Shown piece after piece: positions 38,083-47,563 of a stretch of 64,000 bases of DNA. This DNA comes from an uncultured Planctomycetales bacterium (lineage in GTDB: Bacteria > Planctomycetota > Phycisphaerae > UBA1845 > PWPN01), in assembly GCA_964401335.1 (NCBI GenBank), contig CAYNYK010000002.1, positions 67,630 to 131,629 of the forward strand, written 5' to 3'. The notes beneath the pieces were generated by a model. That model made no database searches. It saw nothing but the letters and a program-made list of their open reading frames with translations, and was not told the DNA's origin. The position numbers were made by a program, and so were the translations under genes. How positions within the stretch are numbered: the stretch's first letter is position 1; every line of letters starts with the position of its first letter.

Positions 38083-39165
38083 ATGAGTCGCCTGACCATT
38101 CAATTTCGGACGCATCATTTTAGTCGCTTACGTCTGAACCTCATCATGTACGCGAGCTTGCCGTGGTTCGCGGTCGCGGGCTGCAAGGAGAACACGGTTT
38201 CCGACCCGACCACCAGCGCTCCGGCCGATGCTCGGGCCGGATTCGTGGCCTTTATCGGCGCCGGTCGAGCCGATCCGCTCTGGCCGATTCTCCAGGCCGG
38301 CGCGGCGCGCTACGCCCGCGACATGAAAACCAGAGAAATACGCTTCTTGAATCCTGAGGTGGCGTCGCCTCAAGCTCAGATCAATATGCTCGAGTCGCTG
38401 AACGATCCGCTTCTACGCGGGGTGTGCGTGCAACTTATTGATCCCGAGGCGGTGCGGCCGGCACTGGAAAATTTAAATCAAAGAGGCGTCGTGGTGGTCT
38501 CCATGATCCAGCCGGCGCCCGAAAACCTGCGTGTGGGTCATGTCGGATTCGATCAAACCGCCGTGGGTCAGGCCCTGGCCGAGGCGACCATCGAGGCCTT
38601 GGACGGAGCCGGTGACATCATGATCCTCCATGCCGACCCGGCCCATCCCGTGTACGGGCCGCGCCTGGACGCGCTCGAAAAAGCCCTGAAACTTCAACTT
38701 CACATCCACGTGCTGGCCCGCGTCAACGGCCAGGGCAATCCGCGCGAATCGCGCCGGATCATGGCCGAACTCTCCGCCCGTTACCCGCGTTTATCCGCCT
38801 GGGTGACCCTCGACGATTGGCCGCTGCGCAACGCCGGCGCAACCGATTCGTTCATCACTCCTGGATGCCACCTGGTGACTTTCGGGGGCGGGCCGCCTCA
38901 TTGGCCGCTCATCGAGAATGGAACCATCACCACCGCCGTAGCCGCTCACGGCGGCGACTTGGGAATCTACGCCCTGATCTACTGTTTGAGCGCTTTGAGC
39001 GCGCCCCCGCGTTTCGAAACCGTCTATTACGCCCCTTTGCGCATCGTGCGGGCCACCAACCTCCATGACTACAAACGGGATTGGAGCTACTGGTTAAACG
39101 GCGAATTCACGGGCCATCACCCGGATCATCCGCTTGTCCCCGCCCCCTATCTTCTGGAAAAATGA
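38083..39165 (+). CDS. Periplasmic-binding-protein (sugar-binding/LacI-like fold) domain protein
   Basis: Signal/lipobox-like WFAVAGC. FVAFIGAGRADPLWPILQAGAARYA...QAQINMLESL...GVVVVSM resembles Peripla_BP type I proteins. No ABC transporter partner is adjacent. Confidence 0.7.
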   Translation: MSRLTIQFRTHHFSRLRLNLIMYASLPWFAVAGCKENTVSDPTTSAPADARAGFVAFIGAGRADPLWPILQAGAARYARDMKTREIRFLNPEVASPQAQINMLESLNDPLLRGVCVQLIDPEAVRPALENLNQRGVVVVSMIQPAPENLRVGHVGFDQTAVGQALAEATIEALDGAGDIMILHADPAHPVYGPRLDALEKALKLQLHIHVLARVNGQGNPRESRRIMAELSARYPRLSAWVTLDDWPLRNAGATDSFITPGCHLVTFGGGPPHWPLIENGTITTAVAAHGGDLGIYALIYCLSALSAPPRFETVYYAPLRIVRATNLHDYKRDWSYWLNGEFTGHHPDHPLVPAPYLLEK

Positions 39166-39258
39166 CCACGCAATGAAGTTCATCACAGGGGCAACGGAGT
39201 TCGGGGTTTTGCCGGGATATTGGGGGATGGTCCACAGGCGTCGCGTTGGGAAAGACGA

Positions 39259-41274
39259 TCAGACGGGGCGGGCCGAGGCCGGCACCGAGGCGGGCAATGG
39301 CTCGGCGACTTGCTCGGCCGATGTGCCGCGGGCCGCGACCGGAGCGGGAGTCGGTACCGATGTCGCGGGGGCGGGCACGACCGGTTCGTATTCCGGAACA
39401 ATTTCCTTGAGTACCGCCCGAATTTCCTCCGGAGAGGCCGTGTCGGCGATTTCAATCAGACGCTTGATCCCCGCACAAATCCGGTCAAAGTCCTCCGGCC
39501 GCTTCTTAATGATGCCGATCTTGCTATGGCTGGTGCGGCTGACATCCTCGCCGGTGATGGACAGTTCCTCGAAAAGCTTTTCACCCGGCCGAATTCCGCA
39601 GAAACGGATTTCGATATCCTCACCCGGACGCAACCCGCTAAGGGTGATCAAATCCCGAGCCAGATCGACGATCTTTACCGGTTCGCCCATGTCCAGTAGA
39701 AATATTTCTCCGCCGCGGCCCATCGCCCCGGCCTGCAGCACAAGCTGCGACGCTTCCGGAATGGTCATGAAATAACGGGTCATTTCCGGATGGGTCACGG
39801 TCACCGGCCCCCCCCGGGCGATCTGCTCCTTGAAAATAGGGACCACGCTGCCGTTGCTACCCAGCACGTTTCCAAAACGCACGGTGACGAATTCCGTCCG
39901 ACTGTGAATCCGGCCGCTCAACTGCTGGACATACATTTCCGCCACTCGCTTGCTGCAACCCATGACACTGGTCGGATTCACCGCCTTGTCCGTCGAGATC
40001 ATCACGAATTTCTCGACATCGTGCCGGGCGGCCAGATCGGCCAGCGTACGCGTACCCAAAATGTTATTTTTCATCGCTTCGCCGGGGTTCCATTCCATCA
40101 TGGGCACGTGTTTATGCGCCGCGGCGTGAAAGATCGCGGTGGGTTTTTCCCGTTCCAGGATCCGGTCCAGACGAGGACCGTCGCAGATGTCCGCCACATA
40201 AGGCTCACGGGCGAGGTTCGGATATTCCCGCTCTAATTCGCGGTTAATCTCAAACAAGGCGTTTTCCATGCGCTCGACCAGTAAAAGCTTCTTCGGATTA
40301 AACTGGGCGATCTGCCGGCACATCTCCGAACCAATCGAGCCGCCCGCCCCGGTCACCATCACCACCTTGTCACGGATGTATTGGCCGATCGCCTCGGTAT
40401 CCAGGGTCACCGCCTCCCGGCCCAGCAAGTCCTCGATGTCCACCGGGCGAATCTGGCTGACCTGGACCCGCCCCTCGATCAGGTCGCTCACCGGCGGCAC
40501 CGTGCGGAACTGCAAGTTCAAACCCTGACATTGCTCGATCAACCGGCGCACCCAGCGTTGCGGAGCCGAGGGCACCGCAATCAATACCTCGTCGATGTCC
40601 TGCTCCTCGCAGATCTCCCGAATGCGGTCGGTCGTACCTAGCACGTCAATGCCGCGGATGCGTACGTTCTGTCGGCCGGGGTCGTCGTCCAGGAAACCCA
40701 TCACCCGGTAGCGGTTCTCGCTGGTCCGCACGATTTCGCGAAGGATGGAGTCCCCCGCGTCGCCCGCGCCGACGATCAGCAATCGGTCGCGCCGGACGCC
40801 CTCCAGCGGGCGAAGCTCCTCGTTATAGAAACGATAGGCGATCCGGGCCCCCGAGATCGTCGCGATGGTAAATACCCAGTCGAGCAGGAAAATGGATTCC
40901 GGAATCCAAAAGCCGGTTTCCTCGCAGTAATCGATCCAGAAAGGTCGACTCGCATACACCGCGGCGATACAGAGGATGATGCTGATATGGACGGCCTTGA
41001 AAATCCCGAACAGGTCCCGCAACCCCACGTAACGCCAGGAGTCGCGGTACAGCTTCATGGCCCCGAAAACCGACAACTTGATGACCAGCGTCAAGGGCAG
41101 ATAGGTCAGGTATTCATAAAGAAACCAGTTTAAATTGGGTCGGAGATTGTACCGGAGAAGAAAGGAAATCAGCAGAGCGATGCTGAACAGCACCGCGTGG
41201 GCCCAAAAGGAAACAAACACCCGGTGCCGCAGCCGCCACTGCCATAAGGGTTCAAAAAAAGATCCGCTCATCAA
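39259..41274 (-). CDS. Membrane-bound nucleoside-diphosphate-sugar 4,6-dehydratase/epimerase (CapD/PglF/WbpM family)
   Basis: Four to five N-terminal TM helices and two Rossmann domains (LLIVGAGDAGDS and VMVTGAGGSIGSE), followed by a Pro/Ala-rich tail. Confidence 0.9.
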   Translation of the reverse strand: MMSGSFFEPLWQWRLRHRVFVSFWAHAVLFSIALLISFLLRYNLRPNLNWFLYEYLTYLPLTLVIKLSVFGAMKLYRDSWRYVGLRDLFGIFKAVHISIILCIAAVYASRPFWIDYCEETGFWIPESIFLLDWVFTIATISGARIAYRFYNEELRPLEGVRRDRLLIVGAGDAGDSILREIVRTSENRYRVMGFLDDDPGRQNVRIRGIDVLGTTDRIREICEEQDIDEVLIAVPSAPQRWVRRLIEQCQGLNLQFRTVPPVSDLIEGRVQVSQIRPVDIEDLLGREAVTLDTEAIGQYIRDKVVMVTGAGGSIGSEMCRQIAQFNPKKLLLVERMENALFEINRELEREYPNLAREPYVADICDGPRLDRILEREKPTAIFHAAAHKHVPMMEWNPGEAMKNNILGTRTLADLAARHDVEKFVMISTDKAVNPTSVMGCSKRVAEMYVQQLSGRIHSRTEFVTVRFGNVLGSNGSVVPIFKEQIARGGPVTVTHPEMTRYFMTIPEASQLVLQAGAMGRGGEIFLLDMGEPVKIVDLARDLITLSGLRPGEDIEIRFCGIRPGEKLFEELSITGEDVSRTSHSKIGIIKKRPEDFDRICAGIKRLIEIADTASPEEIRAVLKEIVPEYEPVVPAPATSVPTPAPVAARGTSAEQVAEPLPASVPASARPV

Positions 41275-41332
41275 CGCTCCACTCCACCGCTGACGCGAGG
41301 GCTTCCCTCCCTTGCCTGCCTACCGCCGCCCT

Positions 41333-42625
41333 CTAGCGATCGGACGATGGGTTCTCAGGCGATAAGCGCCAGGGCATGACACTCTCCGTTCGATCCAGAG
41401 ACGGCAATAATGGGGAGGTCAAGGCCCCCGGCCGCCTGCTCTCCTCTTCCATCGCCAGTTTCATCAATTCGGGCAGACGCGACCACGGCTCCGGCACCTG
41501 TGTATCGGCCAAATGACTGCGCGCGTAAAATTCACCTTCATTGCGACTACGGTACCACAGCATCACGGCGGCCATGGCCCGAACCGGCACCACGAGTTCA
41601 GCCGTCAACCGCCGCTGATCCATTTCGCTCATGCCCGGCGTCCGCATTCGGGATACCTCTTCCGCGCTCTGCCTGGCCAACGCCACAATTTGTTGGACAT
41701 CCTCCTCGAATTTCTGCCGGGATACATAGCGGGCGGGCAAATTATCGATACGCAGGAGAAACAAGGGATCCACCAGCCGTTGCGTTCTTCCATCGGGACG
41801 CAGTAACCAGAATAACGCATGCGCAGCCACCGAATATTGTCCCTGAGCCATGGCCGCATGAAATTGCGACAACTTATCCAACGCCCGCTGCTCCGGATCG
41901 GTCAAGGTGATTCGGTCGGCCAGACTGAACATTTCAAAGGCGCGCCGGTAATCTCCGTCCTGGAAATATCGCCACCCATCGGTAAAATACATCTGCTTCC
42001 GAGCGGACATGTAGCGGTCAGTCATCTCGGGCAATGACCGTTGGCCGGCCATGGCGGCGGAACGCTCGGCCTCGCCGTCGCTTGCCCCTTCGCTTTTCTG
42101 TCGACGCACAACGACTTCCGGCTGAAACCAGGTGTGATACCCGCTGGAAAATTGTCGGGACAAGCCTATCCCATCCATGCTCGAGGCCATCCCGATCCGA
42201 TTCAACGGGGTGTCCGTCAACGAGGGATCCATCTTCCCCGTGCTGCGCAGGTAAGCATCCCTTGTTAATCCCTGACGAGGTATCCCGGTGAGCGGAACGG
42301 AGGCAGGGTTATAGCTGTCTCGGTTGTAACCCGATAAAAAACTCTGCGGACCTCGTTGGCCACCCACCGGCCTCCGTATCGGGCTTGAAGAATAATTCAT
42401 CTGGCTTTGGCCCCGGGAATAAGTGGCGGGGAAAGCCAATCCCCCCACGAAAGCCAGGAACAAGACAATCCGGCTGCCGAGGAGGCAACCCGAAATCCCT
42501 ACCCCTGCCAAGGTGCCCTGAGATCCCTCGGTTTTCCGTCCCTCTGAAAGCCTTCCAGGCGGGTTAACGCTTAAACGGCGATTTAGCATCGTCATAAATC
42601 CGTATCCATCAAATCGCGGCCCCAA
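41333..42625 (-). CDS. Hypothetical secreted/membrane-anchored protein
   Basis: 430-aa ORF with one hydrophobic N-terminal segment (IVLFLAFVGGLAF). No recognisable domain. Start uncertain (alternative Met codons at about 42595). Confidence 0.6.
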   Translation of the reverse strand: MGPRFDGYGFMTMLNRRLSVNPPGRLSEGRKTEGSQGTLAGVGISGCLLGSRIVLFLAFVGGLAFPATYSRGQSQMNYSSSPIRRPVGGQRGPQSFLSGYNRDSYNPASVPLTGIPRQGLTRDAYLRSTGKMDPSLTDTPLNRIGMASSMDGIGLSRQFSSGYHTWFQPEVVVRRQKSEGASDGEAERSAAMAGQRSLPEMTDRYMSARKQMYFTDGWRYFQDGDYRRAFEMFSLADRITLTDPEQRALDKLSQFHAAMAQGQYSVAAHALFWLLRPDGRTQRLVDPLFLLRIDNLPARYVSRQKFEEDVQQIVALARQSAEEVSRMRTPGMSEMDQRRLTAELVVPVRAMAAVMLWYRSRNEGEFYARSHLADTQVPEPWSRLPELMKLAMEEESRRPGALTSPLLPSLDRTESVMPWRLSPENPSSDR

Positions 42626-43068
42626 GGAAAAGCATGGGCGGAATCACATAACAAATCGTCTCATCACGACAATTTAGATTATGCTATATGTCGATTCAAG
42701 TTATCGACAGACCGCGTGAAAAACTATTCCATTATATAACTTATTTTTCTACATGGAGTTATCAATGCACAACAAAACTGCTTTTTCAGAGATAAAATCA
42801 AATCAAAGATCTGTGGGAATCGCCGAAAAATAAGAATATATCCTAAATTTATCACTGTCGATGTAATTATTAAATAATGCACTGCCAAGCCGTCGCATCA
42901 AACAGCCGAGGGACTCGTGCCGAGGTGAATGGATAAATCTCTCGCCATCAGGCATAATCAGCCCCTAACATGAACAATACAGACATCCATCCGTATCGTA
43001 GGAAAATGGAGGCCGTATTTACCTAAGAGTGAATGTTGTGTAATTGCTCCCCAATTTAAGGAACCAAC

Positions 43069-44958
43069 GTGACCACTATTTCAGATACACCTGCTAGTAC
43101 AACCAGCCCGGAACCTATCAATCCCTCTCTGGTCAATACCGGTGAACAGCAAAGTCTCGGACTTATCTTGCTGGCCGCCTTTGCCTTGGCCACCTGCCTG
43201 ATGGGTTTGGCCGAAGGGCCGCCGATGGGCGATCACGAATGTATCAACGCCCTGCAAGCTCGTGAAGCCTTCGAAACGGGAAATTGGCTTATCCCCCTCT
43301 TTGAAGGCACCCCTTGGATTCGCAAGCCGCCTATGGGCACATGGCTCATCGCGTTGGCTTCTTTGATCGTCGATCCCGCCGATCATCACCACGTTTCCGA
43401 ATTCGCCGCTCGACTTCCTTCCGCCGTAGCCGGCTTTCTCACGGTCTGGGTCATGTTCTGGCTCGGCCGCATGATGTGGGGCCATCGCGTCGGGTTGATC
43501 ACCGGCTTCCTGTGTGCCGGCTCGGTGGGTTTAATCTTTTTCGCCCGCAATGCATTGGTCGATATAACCATGACCTTGTTCATCTGCCTGGCCTTCGCCT
43601 GCTTCTGGCGCGGGGCCATGCATGAGCCGCGCAGCAAAACTTTCATGGTTTTGTACTACGTGGCCTTCTCGGCGGCCTGGATGTCCAAGGCCCCTCTGCC
43701 CGGCGCACTCATCGGCCTGCCCCTGGCCGTTTATTGGTTTATTACTCTTCCCTTGCTGAACAAGGCCGAGGGCACCTCCGGCTTCCGAGAGTCTTTCATC
43801 CTTCAATGGAAAAATCTCGGCCGCCTCTGGCTTATCCCCGGCATTATTCTTTTTCTCATTCTGGGTTGTTCGTGGTGGATCTATGCCTATTACACGGTGG
43901 ACACGGCCACCGAACTGTGGGAAACCGAATTCCTCGACCGCTTTACCGGCGGCCTGCGCGCCCATAGCAAATCAGCTTTGTACTATCTGCCGCTGATCCT
44001 CGGCATGTGCGCACCTTATACGCTCTCCATCCCCGAAGCGGTGGGCGCTGCGTTCATGAAACGCTATCGCGCCCAGCGGCCGGGCATTGCCTTCGCCTTT
44101 ACCTGGGCTGTAATCGGCACCATCATCATCAGCAGGTCCGAATTCAGACAGCCTCACTACCTGATCGGCGTGTTGCCGGCCTATTGGCTCCTGCTGGCCC
44201 CGGTCGTCGATCGTCTGTTTTTCGGGCCGATAACATTATCCGGGCGGACGGCCGTCCTGACCGGCTATCTGCTGGTCGTCGCCCTATTGGCCGGGGTTAT
44301 TGCAGGTGGTTTATACATCTTTCAGGAATATCCTGGCTTCATCAAGATGTATGTCCCCGTGGCCTTGGGCACCTGGTTGTTATGGATCCTCGCTTGCCGG
44401 GCCTTCGTCCGCATGCAACGGACCCTCGCGTTTGCCTTTCTTCAGGCAAGTGTTCTGCTGATCGTATGCTTCGTCTGGCCGACCTCCGCCTTGGTGATCA
44501 ACGCCAACGCGGAGGCCAACGCCCTGGCCGAGAAACTCAAGGAACACGGCGCCGACCCCGCCGACGATATCATCTGGGTGGACAGCCGCCCCGACGCCAG
44601 TATCGGCTATTACAGCGGGCTGAATATCCGGCGGATCATGGATGAAAACGAAATCGCCCAATACCGTGAAAACCGCAGAGAGATTCCCGACGAGCTGAAA
44701 TGGGAGGTGGCCGAACGCATCATCAAACGACTTGAGCAACCTGAACCGGTCTACATGATCATTGGTGCGAAGAACTATGACCAACTCCGGGCCAATGTTA
44801 AGAAACTCCCCGCGCGTGTCCTTTTCCAACTGGAAGGTTTTCACCCAAATGAACCGGACGATGAATTGATCGTCTTCACCCAGCAGTCGGTGGAAACCCG
44901 ACCCGCCAATGACGCCCTTCCGACACAACCATCCTTCCAGCCACCGCCCGTCCGTTAA
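43069..44958 (+). CDS. ArnT/PMT-like family 39 glycosyltransferase (polytopic membrane)
   Basis: 629 aa with 11 or more TM helices. The N-terminal loop GDHECINALQAREAFETGNWLIPLFEGTPWIRKPPMGTW resembles the GT39/GT83 catalytic loop. Confidence 0.8.
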   Translation: MTTISDTPASTTSPEPINPSLVNTGEQQSLGLILLAAFALATCLMGLAEGPPMGDHECINALQAREAFETGNWLIPLFEGTPWIRKPPMGTWLIALASLIVDPADHHHVSEFAARLPSAVAGFLTVWVMFWLGRMMWGHRVGLITGFLCAGSVGLIFFARNALVDITMTLFICLAFACFWRGAMHEPRSKTFMVLYYVAFSAAWMSKAPLPGALIGLPLAVYWFITLPLLNKAEGTSGFRESFILQWKNLGRLWLIPGIILFLILGCSWWIYAYYTVDTATELWETEFLDRFTGGLRAHSKSALYYLPLILGMCAPYTLSIPEAVGAAFMKRYRAQRPGIAFAFTWAVIGTIIISRSEFRQPHYLIGVLPAYWLLLAPVVDRLFFGPITLSGRTAVLTGYLLVVALLAGVIAGGLYIFQEYPGFIKMYVPVALGTWLLWILACRAFVRMQRTLAFAFLQASVLLIVCFVWPTSALVINANAEANALAEKLKEHGADPADDIIWVDSRPDASIGYYSGLNIRRIMDENEIAQYRENRREIPDELKWEVAERIIKRLEQPEPVYMIIGAKNYDQLRANVKKLPARVLFQLEGFHPNEPDDELIVFTQQSVETRPANDALPTQPSFQPPPVR

Positions 44959-45055
44959 TAATGAAATTCATCGCGGCTTCTCTCGCTACGAGTGAACTTA
45001 TCGGGGAAAAGCTTTTCAGCCGGCCTGCCCCATTATCAATATTTCCGGATTTTCC

Positions 45056-45084
45056 TTGCCCTGGGAGCCTTTTTGACGTATACT
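45056..45084 (+). promoter_or_regulatory. Near-consensus sigma-70-type promoter
   Basis: TTGCCC (45056-45061), 17-nt spacer, TATACT (45079-45084). No annotated gene lies immediately downstream except the small ORF. Confidence 0.45.
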
Positions 45085-45215
45085 GTTGTAGTGGAAATGC
45101 ACGTCGCCGTACTGGCAGATCGACGACACGTGAATGGGTGACAACGACATCGGTAAGACGCATCGCGTGGTTTGTAGCACGCTCGTGAGTGGTTTTATTC
45201 ATGAGGAGTGCGACG

Positions 45216-45440
45216 ATGGCGTTCATGCCCGAGATTATCGGCGAGACGCGGGAACAGGCCCTCGAACGCAATGAGGAGCAAGAGGAGCAGGAATCCGTCG
45301 GTGAGCCGGTTCCCCCACGCGGGGAATGCCATCTCAAACGCCGGGCTCTCACGGAGACGCTTTATGGCGCGCCTCCGTTCATGATACGGTTGAGCGATTT
45401 CTCCGGAGAGGGAGAACGGGCCCCTCCGGTAGCGGGGTAG
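45216..45440 (+). CDS. Small acidic hypothetical protein (74 aa)
   Basis: GAGGAG RBS 7 nt before the ATG at 45216. Third-position GC is high, like the neighbouring genes. MAFMPEIIGETREQALERNEEQEEQESVGEPVPP... has no family I recognise. Confidence 0.45.
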   Translation: MAFMPEIIGETREQALERNEEQEEQESVGEPVPPRGECHLKRRALTETLYGAPPFMIRLSDFSGEGERAPPVAG

Positions 45441-45578
45441 TGGGTGGGGAAAGAAAGACCGTAACGGCCCGGCGGATACGGGCCGATATCCTGAAACGTC
45501 CTGAAAAAGGATGCGACAGGGAAAGGTGGTAAGAAAAAAAGAATAAAACAAAGAAACAACCAAGGATGGACGATTAAA

Positions 45579-45705
45579 CCCCATGAGGGGCACAGCAGTG
45601 AATAAGCCTGCGTGACAGGCTAAGCCGGCCCAAGCGGCCGGTAAATACGACGACAACGGCGAACGACCTGAGCGTAGACTCCCGCTCGTTCGCCGTTGGG
45701 CGTTT
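45579..45705 (+). other. Array of four consecutive perfect hairpins (candidate structured RNA or terminator module)
   Basis: CCCCatgaGGGG (45579-45590). AGCCTGcgtgaCAGGCT (45605-45621). CCGGCCcaagcGGCCGG (45625-45641). AACGGCGAACGA-19 nt-TCGTTCGCCGTT (45655-45697), followed by GGGCGTTTTA. Confidence 0.4.
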
Positions 45706-45886
45706 TACGCTCCGCGCCGGAGAATGTCCCATCAGTTGGGGAGCCCGCTCCGATATCCGAACCAGTCTTGATCTTGTATCAGGACCACTGCGCGAGAGCC
45801 CAGCCTATTTCACAACCAATATCTGGGCACCTTGGCGCAAGAACCCGGCCTTTGCCAGTCAAGCAACGACATGCTAGACTACATAT

Positions 45887-46189
45887 ATGAAGTTTGAAAT
45901 CCGTTTCACTCCCGGGGCCGATAGGGATTTAGACTGCTACGATGTCCGAGAACAGAGGATTGTTTTGGAGGCGATTGAAAAGTTCCTACGAGTCGAAGCC
46001 GACATACAGAGTAAAAGGCGAAAAAGATTGCGTACAAATCCGTTGGCACCATGGGAACTTCGGGTTGGAGATTACCGAATTTTTTACGAGATCAGAGACG
46101 ATGGGCTTGTCCGGGTATTAGCGGTAGGACACAAGGAACATAACATTTTATACATTCGGGGCAAAAGGATCGAGATATGCGAACCATAG
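45887..46189 (+). CDS. RelE/ParE-family type II toxin
   Basis: 100 aa: MKFEIRFTPGADRDLDCY...PWELRVGDYRIFYEIRDDGLVRVLAVGHKEHN, the classic RelE/ParE pattern. Confidence 0.8.
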   Translation: MKFEIRFTPGADRDLDCYDVREQRIVLEAIEKFLRVEADIQSKRRKRLRTNPLAPWELRVGDYRIFYEIRDDGLVRVLAVGHKEHNILYIRGKRIEICEP

Positions 46190-46422
46190 ACCTTGCCAAA
46201 CGGCAACTTTCCCTTGGCGAAGTACTCACCTTGGCCAAGTCCGAGCCGGTCCTCATTCACTCGGCTCGCGGGGAAGATTTTATTCTTGAATCCGCGGATG
46301 ATTTCGACCGGGAAGTCGCCGCTTTGGGCAACGATAAAGATTTCTCGTCCTTTCTGGAATCGCGCTCAAACGAAACCGGAGATATTCCCCTGGACCAGAT
46401 TCGTCGGCAACGCGGTTTATAG
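46177..46422 (+). CDS. Phd/YefM-like antitoxin candidate encoded downstream of the toxin
   Basis: 81 aa: MRTIDLAKRQLSLGEVLTLAKSEPVLIHSARGEDFILESADDFDREV. Overlaps the toxin stop by 13 nt. Confidence 0.6.
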   Translation: MRTIDLAKRQLSLGEVLTLAKSEPVLIHSARGEDFILESADDFDREVAALGNDKDFSSFLESRSNETGDIPLDQIRRQRGL

Positions 46423-46434
46423 GAAGATCAGGGG

Positions 46435-47550
46435 CTATCTGGCCTTCAGCGGCGTAAAGGCCATACCCGTCTCCGCCGGCTGAGTGGTCGTCTCTCGCGC
46501 CGCATACGCTTCGCGCAACATATCCAGCAACTCGACCACCCCTTCATGAGCATTCAACGTGTGCCGAATCACGATCAAGCCGTCATAATCGGAAATGGAG
46601 CCCCGAGGTATTTCCGCCGCGGGTTGAGTGGCGGGTCTTGCGCTATAACGCCCGCGGGGAGGAGAGGTATCATGTCTATCCTGTAACCAGGTGCCCGGCA
46701 AAACTTGATTGGTGATCAGATCTACAAATAGCCCTGAGGAATTTTCACGGCCGATTAGATCCCGGCAATCGTAGACCCGGACCACCATGTAACGATCCAG
46801 GTCCGCGCAGGTCGAAATACGCAACACGCCATTTTCTACCACGTATCCGAGTCGTCCCTCGGGTTCTATTTGGCTGATACTGTCCAGTACTATCTTCAGA
46901 ACCATTTCCAAGGTTACTTCCTGTAGACGAATATCGGAAGTCAGTTCGGTATCGCGGGTGATATCCCACTCTTCCAGGATATGCACATTGGGTACGACAT
47001 TGAGTTCGCCTGTCTCCCTGATCCAGTCCAATATTTCTCCGAACGTCTGTCCTTCCCTGAACTCGACCATTTTCATAATCGAATTCAAACTTTGTCGCGC
47101 TTTGCGATCGGATGGCGATTCCTTTTGAGCGAAGATCCATTTTTTTGTTTCTTGCCCCGCCGGCGAGACAGCCTCCTCGCTCATCGGGAGGGCGACCTGC
47201 TGCGCGTGAATGGCTTGCGGCGCCGGAATTCCCGGTCGATTCTCCGGTAACAGGAAACTGACCAGTAAGATCGTCGCCGCGATTCCAATGGTCCCCGTGG
47301 TAGTACGCATGATCCACTTCCTCCTTCGGCTAATGGTGTTGAAATCCGCCGTCAACACGGCGGCGTCTCCGAATTCATCCAAGGCGGCCTCGATCGCCTC
47401 GCTCCGCGAATAACCCCGGGCCATTAACTCGGCAAGCCGCTCTTCCATGTGATCGCGCAACTCGCCGCGGATGGATTCCCGCTGTTGCTCCGTAAGTCGA
47501 AGAAATCGACTCATCAGACGAAGATAAGATTCGAATTCCTCTTGCGACAT
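46435..47550 (-). CDS. HAAS/DUF1700-type membrane signalling protein (PadR partner)
   Basis: N-terminus MSQEEFESYLRLMSRFLRLTEQQRESIRGELRDHMEE...GYSRSEAIEAALDEFGD, one TM helix, then a roughly 260-aa extracytoplasmic domain. Immediately downstream of padR. Confidence 0.75.
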   Translation of the reverse strand: MSQEEFESYLRLMSRFLRLTEQQRESIRGELRDHMEERLAELMARGYSRSEAIEAALDEFGDAAVLTADFNTISRRRKWIMRTTTGTIGIAATILLVSFLLPENRPGIPAPQAIHAQQVALPMSEEAVSPAGQETKKWIFAQKESPSDRKARQSLNSIMKMVEFREGQTFGEILDWIRETGELNVVPNVHILEEWDITRDTELTSDIRLQEVTLEMVLKIVLDSISQIEPEGRLGYVVENGVLRISTCADLDRYMVVRVYDCRDLIGRENSSGLFVDLITNQVLPGTWLQDRHDTSPPRGRYSARPATQPAAEIPRGSISDYDGLIVIRHTLNAHEGVVELLDMLREAYAARETTTQPAETGMAFTPLKAR

Positions 47551-47563
47551 GGTCGCGACCCTT

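Noticed and set aside
42626-43068. Chromosomal replication origin (AT-rich region)
   Set aside because: I found no TTATCCACA-type DnaA boxes; the nearest are TTATCACTG and TGTGGGAAT. There is no dnaA or dnaN nearby and no AT-rich 13-mer cluster pattern.
45579-45705. tmRNA or tRNA-like gene suggested by GACGACAACGGCGAAC and the stacked hairpins
   Set aside because: There is no acceptor/T-arm consensus. There is no alanine-ending tag ORF followed by a stop. There is no 5' GGGG...TTCGAC start. It is kept only as an unclassified hairpin array.
45696-45890. 64-aa ORF overlapping the RelE/ParE start as a candidate upstream antitoxin
   Set aside because: Its Pro/Arg/Ser-rich composition does not look like an antitoxin fold. 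It spans the hairpin array and has no RBS. The downstream Phd-like ORF is a better partner.
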